Both the position numbers and the translations under genes were made by a program. A stretch of 64,000 nucleotides of DNA from an uncultured Chloroflexia bacterium (GTDB lineage Bacteria > Chloroflexota > Limnocylindria > Limnocylindrales > CSP1-4): positions 70,078 to 134,077 of the forward strand of contig CAVYGH010000013.1 in assembly GCA_963767945.1 (NCBI GenBank). Reading direction: 5' to 3'. Shown piece after piece: positions 1 through 8,686 of this stretch. The notes beneath the pieces are model-generated. The model was not told the DNA's origin, did no database searches, and saw only the letters and a program-made list of their open reading frames with translations. Each line of letters begins with the position of its first letter. Position 1 is the stretch's first letter.

Positions 1-168
1 GTACTTGCAGGGGCCGAGGACCTTGTGCGTGAAGCCGTTGACCCCGCCCTCGCGGAACTCCTTGATCTCGTACTCGAACCCGAGGCCCTCGATCTTGGTC
101 CAGATCCCGAGCGGGATGAAGCCGTCGACCGTGCACTTGTACGCGATGCTGACTGCCGGATCGCCCAT
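1..168 (-). CDS. contractile-tail tube protein, second paralogue (T4 gp19-like); first 56 codons only, gene continues past the left edge
   Basis: ATG at 168 with GGGAG about 6 nt upstream. MGDPAVSIAYKCTVDGFIPLGIWTKIEGLGFEYEIKEFREGGVNGFTHKVLGPCKY carries the E-[YF]-REGG-x5-HK-x5-KY signature of gp19-type tube proteins. Absent from the ORF track because no stop lies inside the window. Confidence 0.75.
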   Translation of the reverse strand, partial: MGDPAVSIAYKCTVDGFIPLGIWTKIEGLGFEYEIKEFREGGVNGFTHKVLGPCKY

Positions 169-180
169 CGGTGCTCCCTG

Positions 181-2213
181 CTAGAACGCGTCGTAGCCGA
201 GGCCCTTGGCCTCGCGCTCGTGGATGACCTCCGCCTTGAGCTGCGTGCGGATGCGGCCGAACAGCGCCTTGGCGAGCTCGTCGAGCTCGCGATCGGAGCG
301 GGCCTCGCCCTGGCGCGGAGGGGTCGGCGCGGGCGCCTCCTCGCGCTGGACGATCGGCGTGGCCGTGAACGTCGCCACCTGGACCCCGCCGCCGCTCGGC
401 GACGTCTGCACGACCGGCGGAGCGCCGGGCGTCGACGGGTCGGCGACGATCCGCGCGACCACGGGCGTCGCGGCCGCGGCCGGGGCGGGAGCCGCGACCG
501 GCGCGGCGCACGACGGGGCGGGCGAGCGACAGGGGCGAGCCCGATCGCTGGACGGCCGGGCCGGTCGAGCCGGAGACGGGCGGCGTTCCGGTCCGGGTCG
601 CCGGGGCCGGGAGGACCGGAAGGGCCGGCGACCAGGCGGCCTCGCCGGGGCCGCCGCCGTCCGAGTCCCGCGGCGGGAACACGATCTCGCGGGCGCCGGG
701 GGTGTCGCCGGTCGGCCGAGCGCTCGTCGAGGGGGCCGTCGCGCCTGGGCTCGAGAGCTGAACGGGGGTCGGCGCTCCGACGCCCGTGGACGGCGGCAGC
801 GAGGTCACCGTGTCCGGGAGGGTGTCGGGCGACGCCCATCGCGCCGGAACCGGCGACGCGGGCGCCGGCGTGGTGGACCCGGGCGCGGCGTCCGCGGTCG
901 GGGAACCCGATCCGGGCGTGGACGACGGCGCGGCGACGGCGGGTCGAAGCGGCCGGGCGCCGACCGTCGGGAGGGTGGTGGTCGCGGTGCGGGCGACGGT
1001 CGGCGTGCCCGACATCGGCGGTCGGGCCCGCCGCGCGCCGGAGGACGATTCGACGCCGGCGCGCGTGCCCGACGGCGGCGACCCGGAACCGGCATCGTCG
1101 CGCCGGCGCGCCACCGGAAGCACCGGGAGCGGGCGCGCCTCGACGGCGACGGCCGGATGGCTCACCGGCGTCGCGACCGCCGCGGCATGGTCGGGTTCGG
1201 CGGGCGATCGGGATCCGACGGCCGGGCCGGCGGCGGCCGCGTCGTCCGGCCGGGCGGTCTGCCACGGTCGAAGGGGCAGTCGATCCGGGACGGCCGTCGA
1301 CGGCGCGGCGGGCAGCGGGGCACCGAGGCCGGCGCGTCGGGACCCGGCCGCCTGGCGCTGGACCGCGCCGGCCGGCGCCTCCGCGGGCAGCTCCGTGAAC
1401 CGGCGGGTCGGCGCGAGCGGCGGCCGGGCGGCGTCCGACCCGCTCCGTCGACGCGGTCGGGCGGGCCGCCCCGGGGACTCGCGAGCTCGCCTGGATCGGC
1501 AGCGCGACCTGGGTGGGCCGCTCTCCCCGCGCGGCGACCGACGACGACGAGGTCGAACGCGAGACCGTCGCGGGCAGCGGGGCCAGCGTGGGGGCTGCCC
1601 GGGTGAGCGGCTGCGAAGCGGGGGTGACGGTCGCGGACGGGGCGACCGCCGCGAGGGTTCGGACGGGGGCCGGCTCGGTCGCGGGCACGATCGCGGTGGC
1701 ACCCACATCGGACACCGCGGCAGCCGAGGGGTCGACGCTTCGCGAGACGACGGCGGCGGTCTCGTCGTCCTCGGTGGCGGTCGCCCGGGTGTCGGCCGCC
1801 GGGCCATCGGCATGCCGCTGGACGGGCCGGCCGGGGAGCGGTGCGTGGGATGTCAGGCTCGGGACCGCCCGCGGGTGCGCGACGACCAGGCCCGCGGGGG
1901 CCGCCGCGCTGGACTCGTGCCCGAGCGGGGTCAGGATCGGCGGGAGCGGGGCATGCCCCGGGACGTCGGCGAGGAACGGCGCCGCCGGCGCGACGACCGG
2001 CGGTGGCCCCGACGAGCGCTGGATCGGCGGCAGCGTCCGCCAGGCGCCCGTCGGCGGGATCGGGGCGGCGGCGCCGGGGACCGAGCCGCCGGTCGTGTCG
2101 CCGGCGGGGTCGACGCCGGACGGCGTGCCGGAACCGGCGTCACCCGAGCGGCTCGACGCCCCGTCGTCGGACGTGCTGCGGCCGAACGGCCACGGCAGGC
2201 GCACGGGACTCAC
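181..2213 (-). CDS. tape-measure-position protein of the CIS: about 675 aa, Pro/Ala/Thr/Ser-rich and low-complexity with a charged helical C-terminus; needs two +1 frame changes (near 1440 and near 510) as assembled
   Basis: GTG at 2213 overlaps the stop of the upstream 52-aa ORF (GTGA). The high-GC3 frame runs 2213 to ~1440, the next frame ~1440 to ~510, then the listed ORF 181..462 (ends DRELDELAKALFGRIRTQLKAEVIHEREAKGLGYDAF). The first two frames stay open to the window edge, so they are not in the ORF track. Confidence 0.55.
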
Positions 2214-2368
2214 TCCTCCTCGGACAGGCGCCGGTTGATGCGGCCGATCTCATCCACGAACCGCAGCCGGAGCGGGTGCTCCAGGTCGAGGATGCTGTCC
2301 ATCGGCCAGTGGAAGTGATAGGCGACGTACGCGACCTCTTCGAACAGCCGGTCGGTCGCGTACGTCAC
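2210..2368 (-). CDS. small conserved CIS-associated ORF, 52 aa
   Basis: GTG at 2368 overlaps the stop of 2365..2799 (GTGA), and its own stop overlaps the next start (GTGA). Translation is VTYATDRLFEEVAYVAYHFHWPMDSILDLEHPLRLRFVDEIGRINRRLSEEE with high GC3. It is below the ORF-track size cut-off. I recall similar 50-60 aa ORFs (DUF6760-type, number from memory) at this position in actinobacterial CIS loci. Confidence 0.55.
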   Translation of the reverse strand: MTYATDRLFEEVAYVAYHFHWPMDSILDLEHPLRLRFVDEIGRINRRLSEEE

Positions 2369-2799
2369 GATTCCCCCAGGCGCTGCTCACCCGCCACGTC
2401 GACCGTGAACGCGTGGTTGCACGCGGGGCAGGTGACCGAGGCCTGGGTGTGGCCTTCCTGGTTGACCCTGCGGTACAGGTCCTGCAGGAACGCGAGGTCC
2501 GACGCGAACAGCCCCTCGATCACCCCGGTGTGCACCTGGGGCAGCGTCCCGAGCCGGGTCACGACCCGGGACAGCAGGAGGATCGTCAGGTAGGCCTCGT
2601 TCTCGCGGACGCGCGGATCCCGCTGCGGGATGATCTCGTCGCGAGCGGTCGCGAGGCGCATGACGCCGTCGCGATGGACGGTGCCGGACCCGTCGACGAA
2701 GCCGCGGGGCAGCGCGAACGCGTACTCGGTCCGGAGGCCGTCGGACGCGTTCGTGCCGCTGCGGGCGTCGCCGAGCTCGGGCATGACGGCGAGGGTCAT
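2365..2799 (-). CDS. CIS tail-assembly-slot protein, 144 aa (function unproven)
   Basis: Intact ORF 8 nt downstream of the tube gene, ending with the CPACNHAFTV motif. Its position between tube and tape-measure genes matches assembly-chaperone genes of contractile tails. Confidence 0.5.
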   Translation of the reverse strand: MTLAVMPELGDARSGTNASDGLRTEYAFALPRGFVDGSGTVHRDGVMRLATARDEIIPQRDPRVRENEAYLTILLLSRVVTRLGTLPQVHTGVIEGLFASDLAFLQDLYRRVNQEGHTQASVTCPACNHAFTVDVAGEQRLGES

Positions 2800-2806
2800 C
2801 TCGGCC

Positions 2807-3241
2807 TCAGGCCTTGATCAGGGTCTCGCAGGACAGGGTCGCCTCCTCGATCTGGACGCCGCTCGTCGTGGCGCCGCCCTCGGAGAGGCTCACCTTGGAC
2901 AACATCGCGTTGGTGAAGTCGTAGCGAAGGATCTCCTCGCCCATCGTGTTCATGAGGATCACCGAGCCGTTGCGACGGTCCGGGTTCCCCTGCATGACGG
3001 CGGCGTGCCAGTCCCAGATCTCGGTCGCCCCGGTGAGGCCGCGCTTGAGCGTGACCGTCGGGGTCTTCGGCTTGCCCGGGAGCTTGCCGATGGTGACCTT
3101 GCCCTGGTCGTTGACGAACGGGTTGTCGACGATCTCGACCTCGCTCGAGACGCCCGAGACCGAGGTGAAGTTCGCGACGACGCCGACGCCGTCGATGTCC
3201 AGCAGGACGTTGCCTTGCAGCAGCGGATCAGTCGTGGGCAT
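2807..3241 (-). CDS. contractile-tail tube protein (gp19-like)
   Basis: 144-aa ORF directly after the sheath gene. The segments VLLDIDGVGVVANFTSVSGVSSEVEIVD and TLKRGLTGATEIWDWH are typical of tube proteins. Confidence 0.85.
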   Translation of the reverse strand: MPTTDPLLQGNVLLDIDGVGVVANFTSVSGVSSEVEIVDNPFVNDQGKVTIGKLPGKPKTPTVTLKRGLTGATEIWDWHAAVMQGNPDRRNGSVILMNTMGEEILRYDFTNAMLSKVSLSEGGATTSGVQIEEATLSCETLIKA

Positions 3242-3280
3242 CGGTGCCTCCGTGGCTTTCCAGGCGGGTGGTCATGACGG

Positions 3281-4783
3281 CTACTCGGCGTCCGGCGAGC
3301 CGGAGAACTGCGCGATCCGGAAGACGACGAACTCGGCCGGCTTCACGGGCGCGATGCCGATGTCGATGATCAGCTGGCCCGCGTCGCGGACCTCGGGCGG
3401 GTTGTTCTCCTCGTCGCACTTGACGAAGAACGCCTGGTCGGGCGTCGCGCCGAACAGCGCGCCGTCGCGCCAGACCCGCAGCAGGAACGCGTTGATCGTC
3501 CGCTTCACGCGGCCCCACAGGCGCTGGTCGTTGGGCTCGAAGACCACCCACTGGGTGCCCTCGAAGATCGACTCCTCGATGTAGTTGAACAGCCGCCGGA
3601 CGTTGAGGTACCGCCAGGACGGGTCGCTCGAGATCGTCCGCGCGCCCCACACCCGGATGCCGCGGCCGGGGAACGCCCGGATGCAGTTGATCCCGTTGGG
3701 GTTGAGCTGGTCGTGCTCGGCCTTGGTCAGGTTGAGGGCGAGGCTGATCGCGCCCCGGACGACCTCGTTGGCCGGCGCCTTGTGGACGCCGCGGGTGTCG
3801 TCGTTGCGCGCCCAGATCCCGGCCATGTGGCCGGACGGCGGGATGAACCGCGCCTGGCCGGACAGCGGGTCGAAGACCTTGATCCACGGCCAGTAGAGCG
3901 TCGCGTACTTGCTGTCGTAGCCGGCCTTGTCGACCCGCCACTCCTTGACCTGCTGCGCGTTCAGCCCTGGCGGCGCGTCGAGGATGGCGACGCGGTCGCC
4001 CATGAGCTCGCAGTGGGCGATCATCGCGAGGTGGACGGCCTGGAGGCCCTCCAGGTCGAGCATGCCCTGCTCGTACACGGCCATCAGGTCGGGGACCGAC
4101 AGCATGGTGACCTCGTCGACCGCCTCGAGGCCGGCGAAGCCGGTCCGGTCGGCCGAGTTGCCGACGTAGTCGTCGGGGGTCACGCGGGCGGGCGTGGGCG
4201 CGCTGCCACCGGACAGCGCCGTCGATCCGGCCGCGGGCGCGAGGGCGCCGACGTCCTCGATCGTGATCGTCTTGGACTGCGCCTTCACCACGGTCGCGAC
4301 GTTCTGCTTGCCGCGGGCGGTCGACACGTTGTCGAACGACTCGACCTCCTTGCCGCCGCGCTTGACGACGAGCTTGAAGGCGCCCTCCTCGCCCTGCGGC
4401 TGGACGTCGACGGTGATGTCGTTGCCCTCCGGCCCGGCTTCGAGGGCCGCGACGCGGAAGGCGGGCTTCGCCTTGTCGGACGAGCTCGGCAGCTCGGCGC
4501 TGGCGGTCGGGGCGACCCCGTCGGCGCCGACGCGCACGACGTAGGCGGCGCCGCCGCCGTTCAGGAAGTAGCCGTAGACGGCATGGGCGAGGTACGAGCC
4601 CTCGACGAAGTCTCCGAACGTGGACGTGAACTGGTTCCAGTTCGTGACCAGGGTCGGCGTGTTCGCGGGCCCGCGGCCCGCCAGTCCGACGAACGCGGCG
4701 ACGGCCGTGCCCACGCCCTCGATCGGACGGGACCCGGCCTCCACCTCCTCGACGTAGACGCCGGGCGACAGATAGTTCGGCAT
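3281..4783 (-). CDS. contractile-tail sheath protein
   Basis: Start taken at the ATG at 4783 (MPNYLSPGVYVEEVEAGSRPIEGVGTAVAAFVG, the classic sheath N-terminus). 500 aa and intact. Confidence 0.9.
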   Translation of the reverse strand: MPNYLSPGVYVEEVEAGSRPIEGVGTAVAAFVGLAGRGPANTPTLVTNWNQFTSTFGDFVEGSYLAHAVYGYFLNGGGAAYVVRVGADGVAPTASAELPSSSDKAKPAFRVAALEAGPEGNDITVDVQPQGEEGAFKLVVKRGGKEVESFDNVSTARGKQNVATVVKAQSKTITIEDVGALAPAAGSTALSGGSAPTPARVTPDDYVGNSADRTGFAGLEAVDEVTMLSVPDLMAVYEQGMLDLEGLQAVHLAMIAHCELMGDRVAILDAPPGLNAQQVKEWRVDKAGYDSKYATLYWPWIKVFDPLSGQARFIPPSGHMAGIWARNDDTRGVHKAPANEVVRGAISLALNLTKAEHDQLNPNGINCIRAFPGRGIRVWGARTISSDPSWRYLNVRRLFNYIEESIFEGTQWVVFEPNDQRLWGRVKRTINAFLLRVWRDGALFGATPDQAFFVKCDEENNPPEVRDAGQLIIDIGIAPVKPAEFVVFRIAQFSGSPDAE

Positions 4784-4874
4784 GCGTGGCCCTTTCCGAT
4801 GCGATGGATCCCAGCCCGCTGACCGTCCCACCCGCGGAGGGGCCGAACAAGGTGCGACCGGGCGCGCGGGAGGG

Positions 4875-4890
4875 CGGGCACGATTGCCCG
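4875..4890. promoter_or_regulatory. inverted repeat in the divergent sheath/terminator control region
   Basis: CGGGCA-CGAT-TGCCCG (6-4-6), 79 nt upstream of the GTG at 4969 and 92 nt upstream of the ATG at 4783. Confidence 0.25.
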
Positions 4891-4968
4891 AACGGGCGAC
4901 CAGCGCTGCCCCGACGGATGCCCGCCGACCGGCTGGCGGCGGCTCGCGCGTGGGCCGACGATCGGCGG

Positions 4969-5695
4969 GTGATCCACGACGTCGATCAGCTGCTCGAGAA
5001 GCTGGTCAAGCGCGACGCGCTCAACGGCTCGTCCGTCGACCTCGTCTTCGAGGCGCCCACGAAGGACTGGGTCGCCCGGCGGAGCGGGCCGGCCGTCGAC
5101 CTCTACCTGTACGACATCCGCGAGGACCTTCAACGGCGGGTGCCGGCCTGGGAGGACGTCCGAGACGCCAACGGGACCGTGACCCGCCGCCACCAGCCGC
5201 CGCGCCGGTTCCGGCTCGCGTACCTGGTGACCGCGTGGACCCAGCGGCCCGAGGACGAGCATCGGTTGCTGTCGTCGCTGCTCGCGTGCTTCCTGCGCAA
5301 CCCGATGATCAAGCCCGAGGACCTCGACAAGCCGCTGGACGAGGCGGACCTGCCGGTCTACCTCGAGGTCGGCCAGCCGGCCAGCCAGGAGCGCTCGCTG
5401 GCGGACGTCTGGTCCGCGCTGGGCGGCGAGCTCAAGCCATCGCTCGACCTGGTCGTCACGGCGCCGATCGTGGTCGACTCGAGCGCCTACTTCGGGCCGC
5501 CGGTGCTCGAGGGCCCGTCCATCGGGATCTCGTCGACCGGCGGAGCCGCCGAGTCGCGCCGCGGGGCCAGCCGCCGGCAGGGCCGACCTGGAGCTGGAGC
5601 CGTCCACCACCGAGGTGCTGCCGGCCAACGCGGGCGCCAAGGATGGCGGCGTGCGGATCCGGGTGAGCGGCGTCCGGCGACCGCCCCGCCGGTGA
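4969..5695 (+). CDS. DUF4255 (Pvc16/Afp16-like) tail terminator protein; one +1 frame change near 5580 as assembled
   Basis: GTG at 4969 gives VIHDVDQLLEKLVKRDALNGSSVDLVFEAPTKDW...RRFRLAYLVTAWTQRPEDEHRLLSSLL. After ~5580 the high-GC3 frame moves by +1 and ends at the TGA at 5693-5695, which overlaps the next GTG (GTGA). Confidence 0.75.
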
Positions 5696-7846
5696 CGACG
5701 GCGCCCGGCGCGACGCCGACACCGGGCGAGACGCCGGCGTTCGACGTGACGCCCACGCCCGGCCGCTCGGCCGCGCCGGACCCGTCGCTCGCCCACCTGC
5801 TCGGGCGCCTGTCGCTGGTCGAGCGCCGCGTGCGGGCCGCCGTCGACCGCCGGCGGGCCTCCGACGCCGATCCCGGCGACCGCTTCCGCGGCCTGTACAT
5901 CTCCGACGAGCAGGTGGACGGGCTGCTGGATCGGCCCGCCGGCCCGCTGGTGCCGCCGGAGGCGGACGCGTCGACGGCCGAGCTCCGAGCGGCGCTCGAG
6001 GCCCGGGCGGAGGCGGCGGAGGCCGACGGCGCGATCCTCCGGCTGCGCGATCTCGCCCGGGTGTTCGCGCTCCAGCCGGTGGACACCGAGCTGCTGCTGG
6101 TGGCGCTCGCCCCCGACCTCGACCCGCGCTTCGAGCGCCTCTACGGCTATCTCCACGACGACGTCTCGCGGCGTCGCGCGAGCGTCGGCCTGGCGATCGA
6201 GCTGTGCGGCGCGACGACGGCCGCCGACGGCGCGCCGATCCGCGAGCGCCTCGGCCCGCTCGCGCCGCTCGTCGCCGGACGTCTGCTGATCGTGGAGGAC
6301 GCCGACCGCCCGTCGCTCACGCGGCCGCTGCGCGTGCCCGACCGCGTCACCGCCCACCTGCTCGGCGACGACCGCCCCGACCCGATCGTCGAGGCGTTGC
6401 TGGCGTCGTCGATCGCGGTCGAGGTCGACGAGGCGGAGGTCGTGGCCCGCGGTCTGGCCGCCGGCCGGACGCTCGTGTACGTCCGCGAGCGCGCCGGCGC
6501 ATCCGGGCGGTCGCTCGGCTGGACGGCGCTCGCGCGCGGCGGGCGCCCGGCGATCGCGCTGGACCTCGGCCGGATGTCGGCGGGCGACGACCCGGTCCAG
6601 CTGGCGGCCGCCGCGTCCCGCGAGGCGCGGCTGCGCGGCGCCGGCCTGGTGGTGGGCCCCGTCGAGCCGCTCGTGGAGCGCGGGCCGGCCGCCGTCCGGG
6701 CCTTCGCCGAGCAGGCCGGTCCGGTGATCCTCGTCGGCGGCCGGGACTGGGACCCGGCGTGGTCGCGGGAGCCGCCGCTCATCGTGGACGCTCCCGTCCC
6801 CGGCGTGGAGCGCCGCCACGAGCTGTGGCTCGGATCGCTCGACGGCGACGCCCCCGAGGGGTTCGACCCCGCCGCGGCGACGATCGCGTTCCGCCTGACC
6901 CCCGAGCAGATCGACCGCGCCGCCCGGGCCGCCCGCCATGCCGCAGGCGCCGAGGCGCGGCCGATGACGATCGGCGACGTGTCGGCCGGGGCGCGGGCGC
7001 AGAACGCGGCGGGCCTGGAACGGCTCGCCCGCCGCATCGAGCCGACCGTCGCGCTGGGACGACCTCATCCTGCCGACGGTCGTCGACGCCCAGCTGCGGG
7101 AGCTGACCGCCCGCGCCCGGCACCGCGACCGGGTCATCGGGGAGTGGCACATGGGCACCAAGGGCGCCCGCGGCGTCGGCGTGACGGCCCTGTTCGCGGG
7201 CGACTCCGGGACCGGCAAGACGATGTCGGCCGAGGTCGTCGGGCACGACCTCGGCCTCGACGTCTACGTGATCGACCTGTCCACCGTGGTCGACAAGTAC
7301 ATCGGCGAGACGGAGAAGAACCTCGACCGCATCTTCACCGAGGCCGATCGCGTCAACGGGATCCTGCTGTTCGACGAGGCGGACGCGCTGTTCGGCAAGC
7401 GGTCCGAGGTCAAGGACGCCCGCGACCGGTACGCGAACGTCGAGGTCGCCTACCTGCTCCAGCGGATGGAGCGCTTCGACGGGCTGGCGGTGCTGACGAC
7501 CAACCTGCGCTCCAACGTCGACGAGGCCTTCGTCCGCCGGCTCGACGCCATCGTCGACTTCCCGATGCCCGAGGAGGAGCACCGGCGCCGCCTGTGGGCG
7601 GCCAACCTCGCCCCGGACCTGCCGATCGCCGGCGACATCGACCTCGACTTCCTGGCGGGGCGGTTCAAGATCTCGGGCGGCAACATCCGCAACGTCTGCG
7701 TGACCGCCGCCTACCTCGCGGCCGCGGAGGATCGACCGGTCACGATGGCCGACCTCGTGCGGGCGACGGAGCGCGAGTACCGCAAGCTCGGGCGGCTGAC
7801 CGTTGAGGCCGAGTTCGGCGAGTACTACGACCTGGTGAACGGGTAG
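5692..7846 (+). CDS. CIS AAA+ ATPase (Afp15/Pvc15-like); one +1 frame change at ~7054 as assembled
   Basis: The N-terminal domain has the FRGLYISDEQVDGLL motif. The junction reads ...RIEPTVA / WDDLILPTVVDAQLRELT.... Walker A is GDSGTGKT and Walker B is ILLFDEADALF, both in listed ORF 7151..7846. Confidence 0.85.
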
Positions 7847-7972
7847 CGGACGCCGGTCGGCCGACATCCCCCCGTGTGCCCCTTGGGGCAGACTTCCGGG
7901 CGGTCGTGCTCGAGCCCATTGCGGAGGCCGTTTCGGTGGTCGATCCTGAGCCTGGACACAGGAGGACCGCCA

Positions 7973-8679
7973 ATGCGCGATTTCGAGTTGGAGGCCGCCC
8001 GCGGCGCGCTGCGGGCCCCGGAGCGCGACGTTCCCGCGCCGGCCGCGGGGGAATCGGCCCCGGGCGCGCCGGCCCGGTCGCCGGCGCTCGACGCGGCGAC
8101 CCTGATGCACCTCCAGCGCACGGCCGGCAACGCGGGCGTGGTGCAGATGCTGGCGGGCGAGGAGGAGCAGGCGTCGCCGGTCCACGAGGTCGTGGGCTCG
8201 GGCGGTGGTCGTCGCTCGACGCCGGCACGCGCTCGACGATGGAGTCGGCGTTCGGCCAGTCGTTCGACGAGGTCCGCGTCCACACCGACGACCAGGCGTC
8301 GAAGTCGGCCGAATCGGTCGGCGCGAACGCGTACACGGTCGGGTCGGACATCGTGTTCAAGAGCGGCCAGTTCGACCCCGGCAGCGCGTCGGGCCAGCGG
8401 ACCATCGCGCACGAGCTGGCCCACGTCGTCCAGCAGTCGCAGGGACCCGTCGACGGCTCGGACGCCCCCGGTGGCATCCGCGTCAGCGACCCGTCGGACC
8501 GCTTCGAGCGTGCCGCGGAGTCGACGGCCGACCAGGTGATGTCCTCGGTCTCCGCGTCGCCGCCATCGTCGGCGGCGCCGGCCGGCGTGCAGCGCGAGGA
8601 GGACGAGGCCTCGGGCGCCGTCGCGGCGGTGCAGCGCGAGGCGACGCCCGAGGAGGAGGAAGAGGAGCTCCCCTCCTGA
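7973..8679 (+). CDS. DUF4157 zinc-metallopeptidase-like protein (CIS cargo/marker family); one -1 frame change at ~8211 as assembled
   Basis: AGGAGGA lies 6 nt before the ATG at 7973. The N-terminus has LQRTAGNAGVVQML. The junction reads GSGGG(R)/SLDAGTRSTMESAFGQSFDEVRVHTD, followed by an HELAH motif and an acidic tail EEEEEELPS. Confidence 0.8.
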
Positions 8680-8686
8680 GCGAGGC

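Noticed and set aside
7040-7070. Programmed ribosomal frameshifting as the explanation for split genes (this site and the other 20)
   Set aside because: I saw no slippery heptamer or downstream structure at the junctions. The same kind of break occurs in gltB, amtB, ndh and ADH, where no recoding is known. Most sites sit in or next to G/C runs.
4786-7806. 1006-aa ORF that would be a DUF4255-ATPase fusion protein
   Set aside because: GC3 collapses between ~5580 and 5692, and after ~7054 the translation becomes Arg/Pro/Gly-rich. The real products continue in other frames (terminator stop at 5695, Walker motifs in 7151..7846). It is a composite created by two extra bases.
1-8679. Prophage or prophage remnant
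   Set aside because: Only tail-type genes are present, together with a DUF4255 terminator, an AAA+ ATPase and DUF4157, which are hallmarks of contractile injection systems. No capsid, portal, terminase, integrase, repressor or lysis genes are visible. The left flank is unseen, so this is not absolute.
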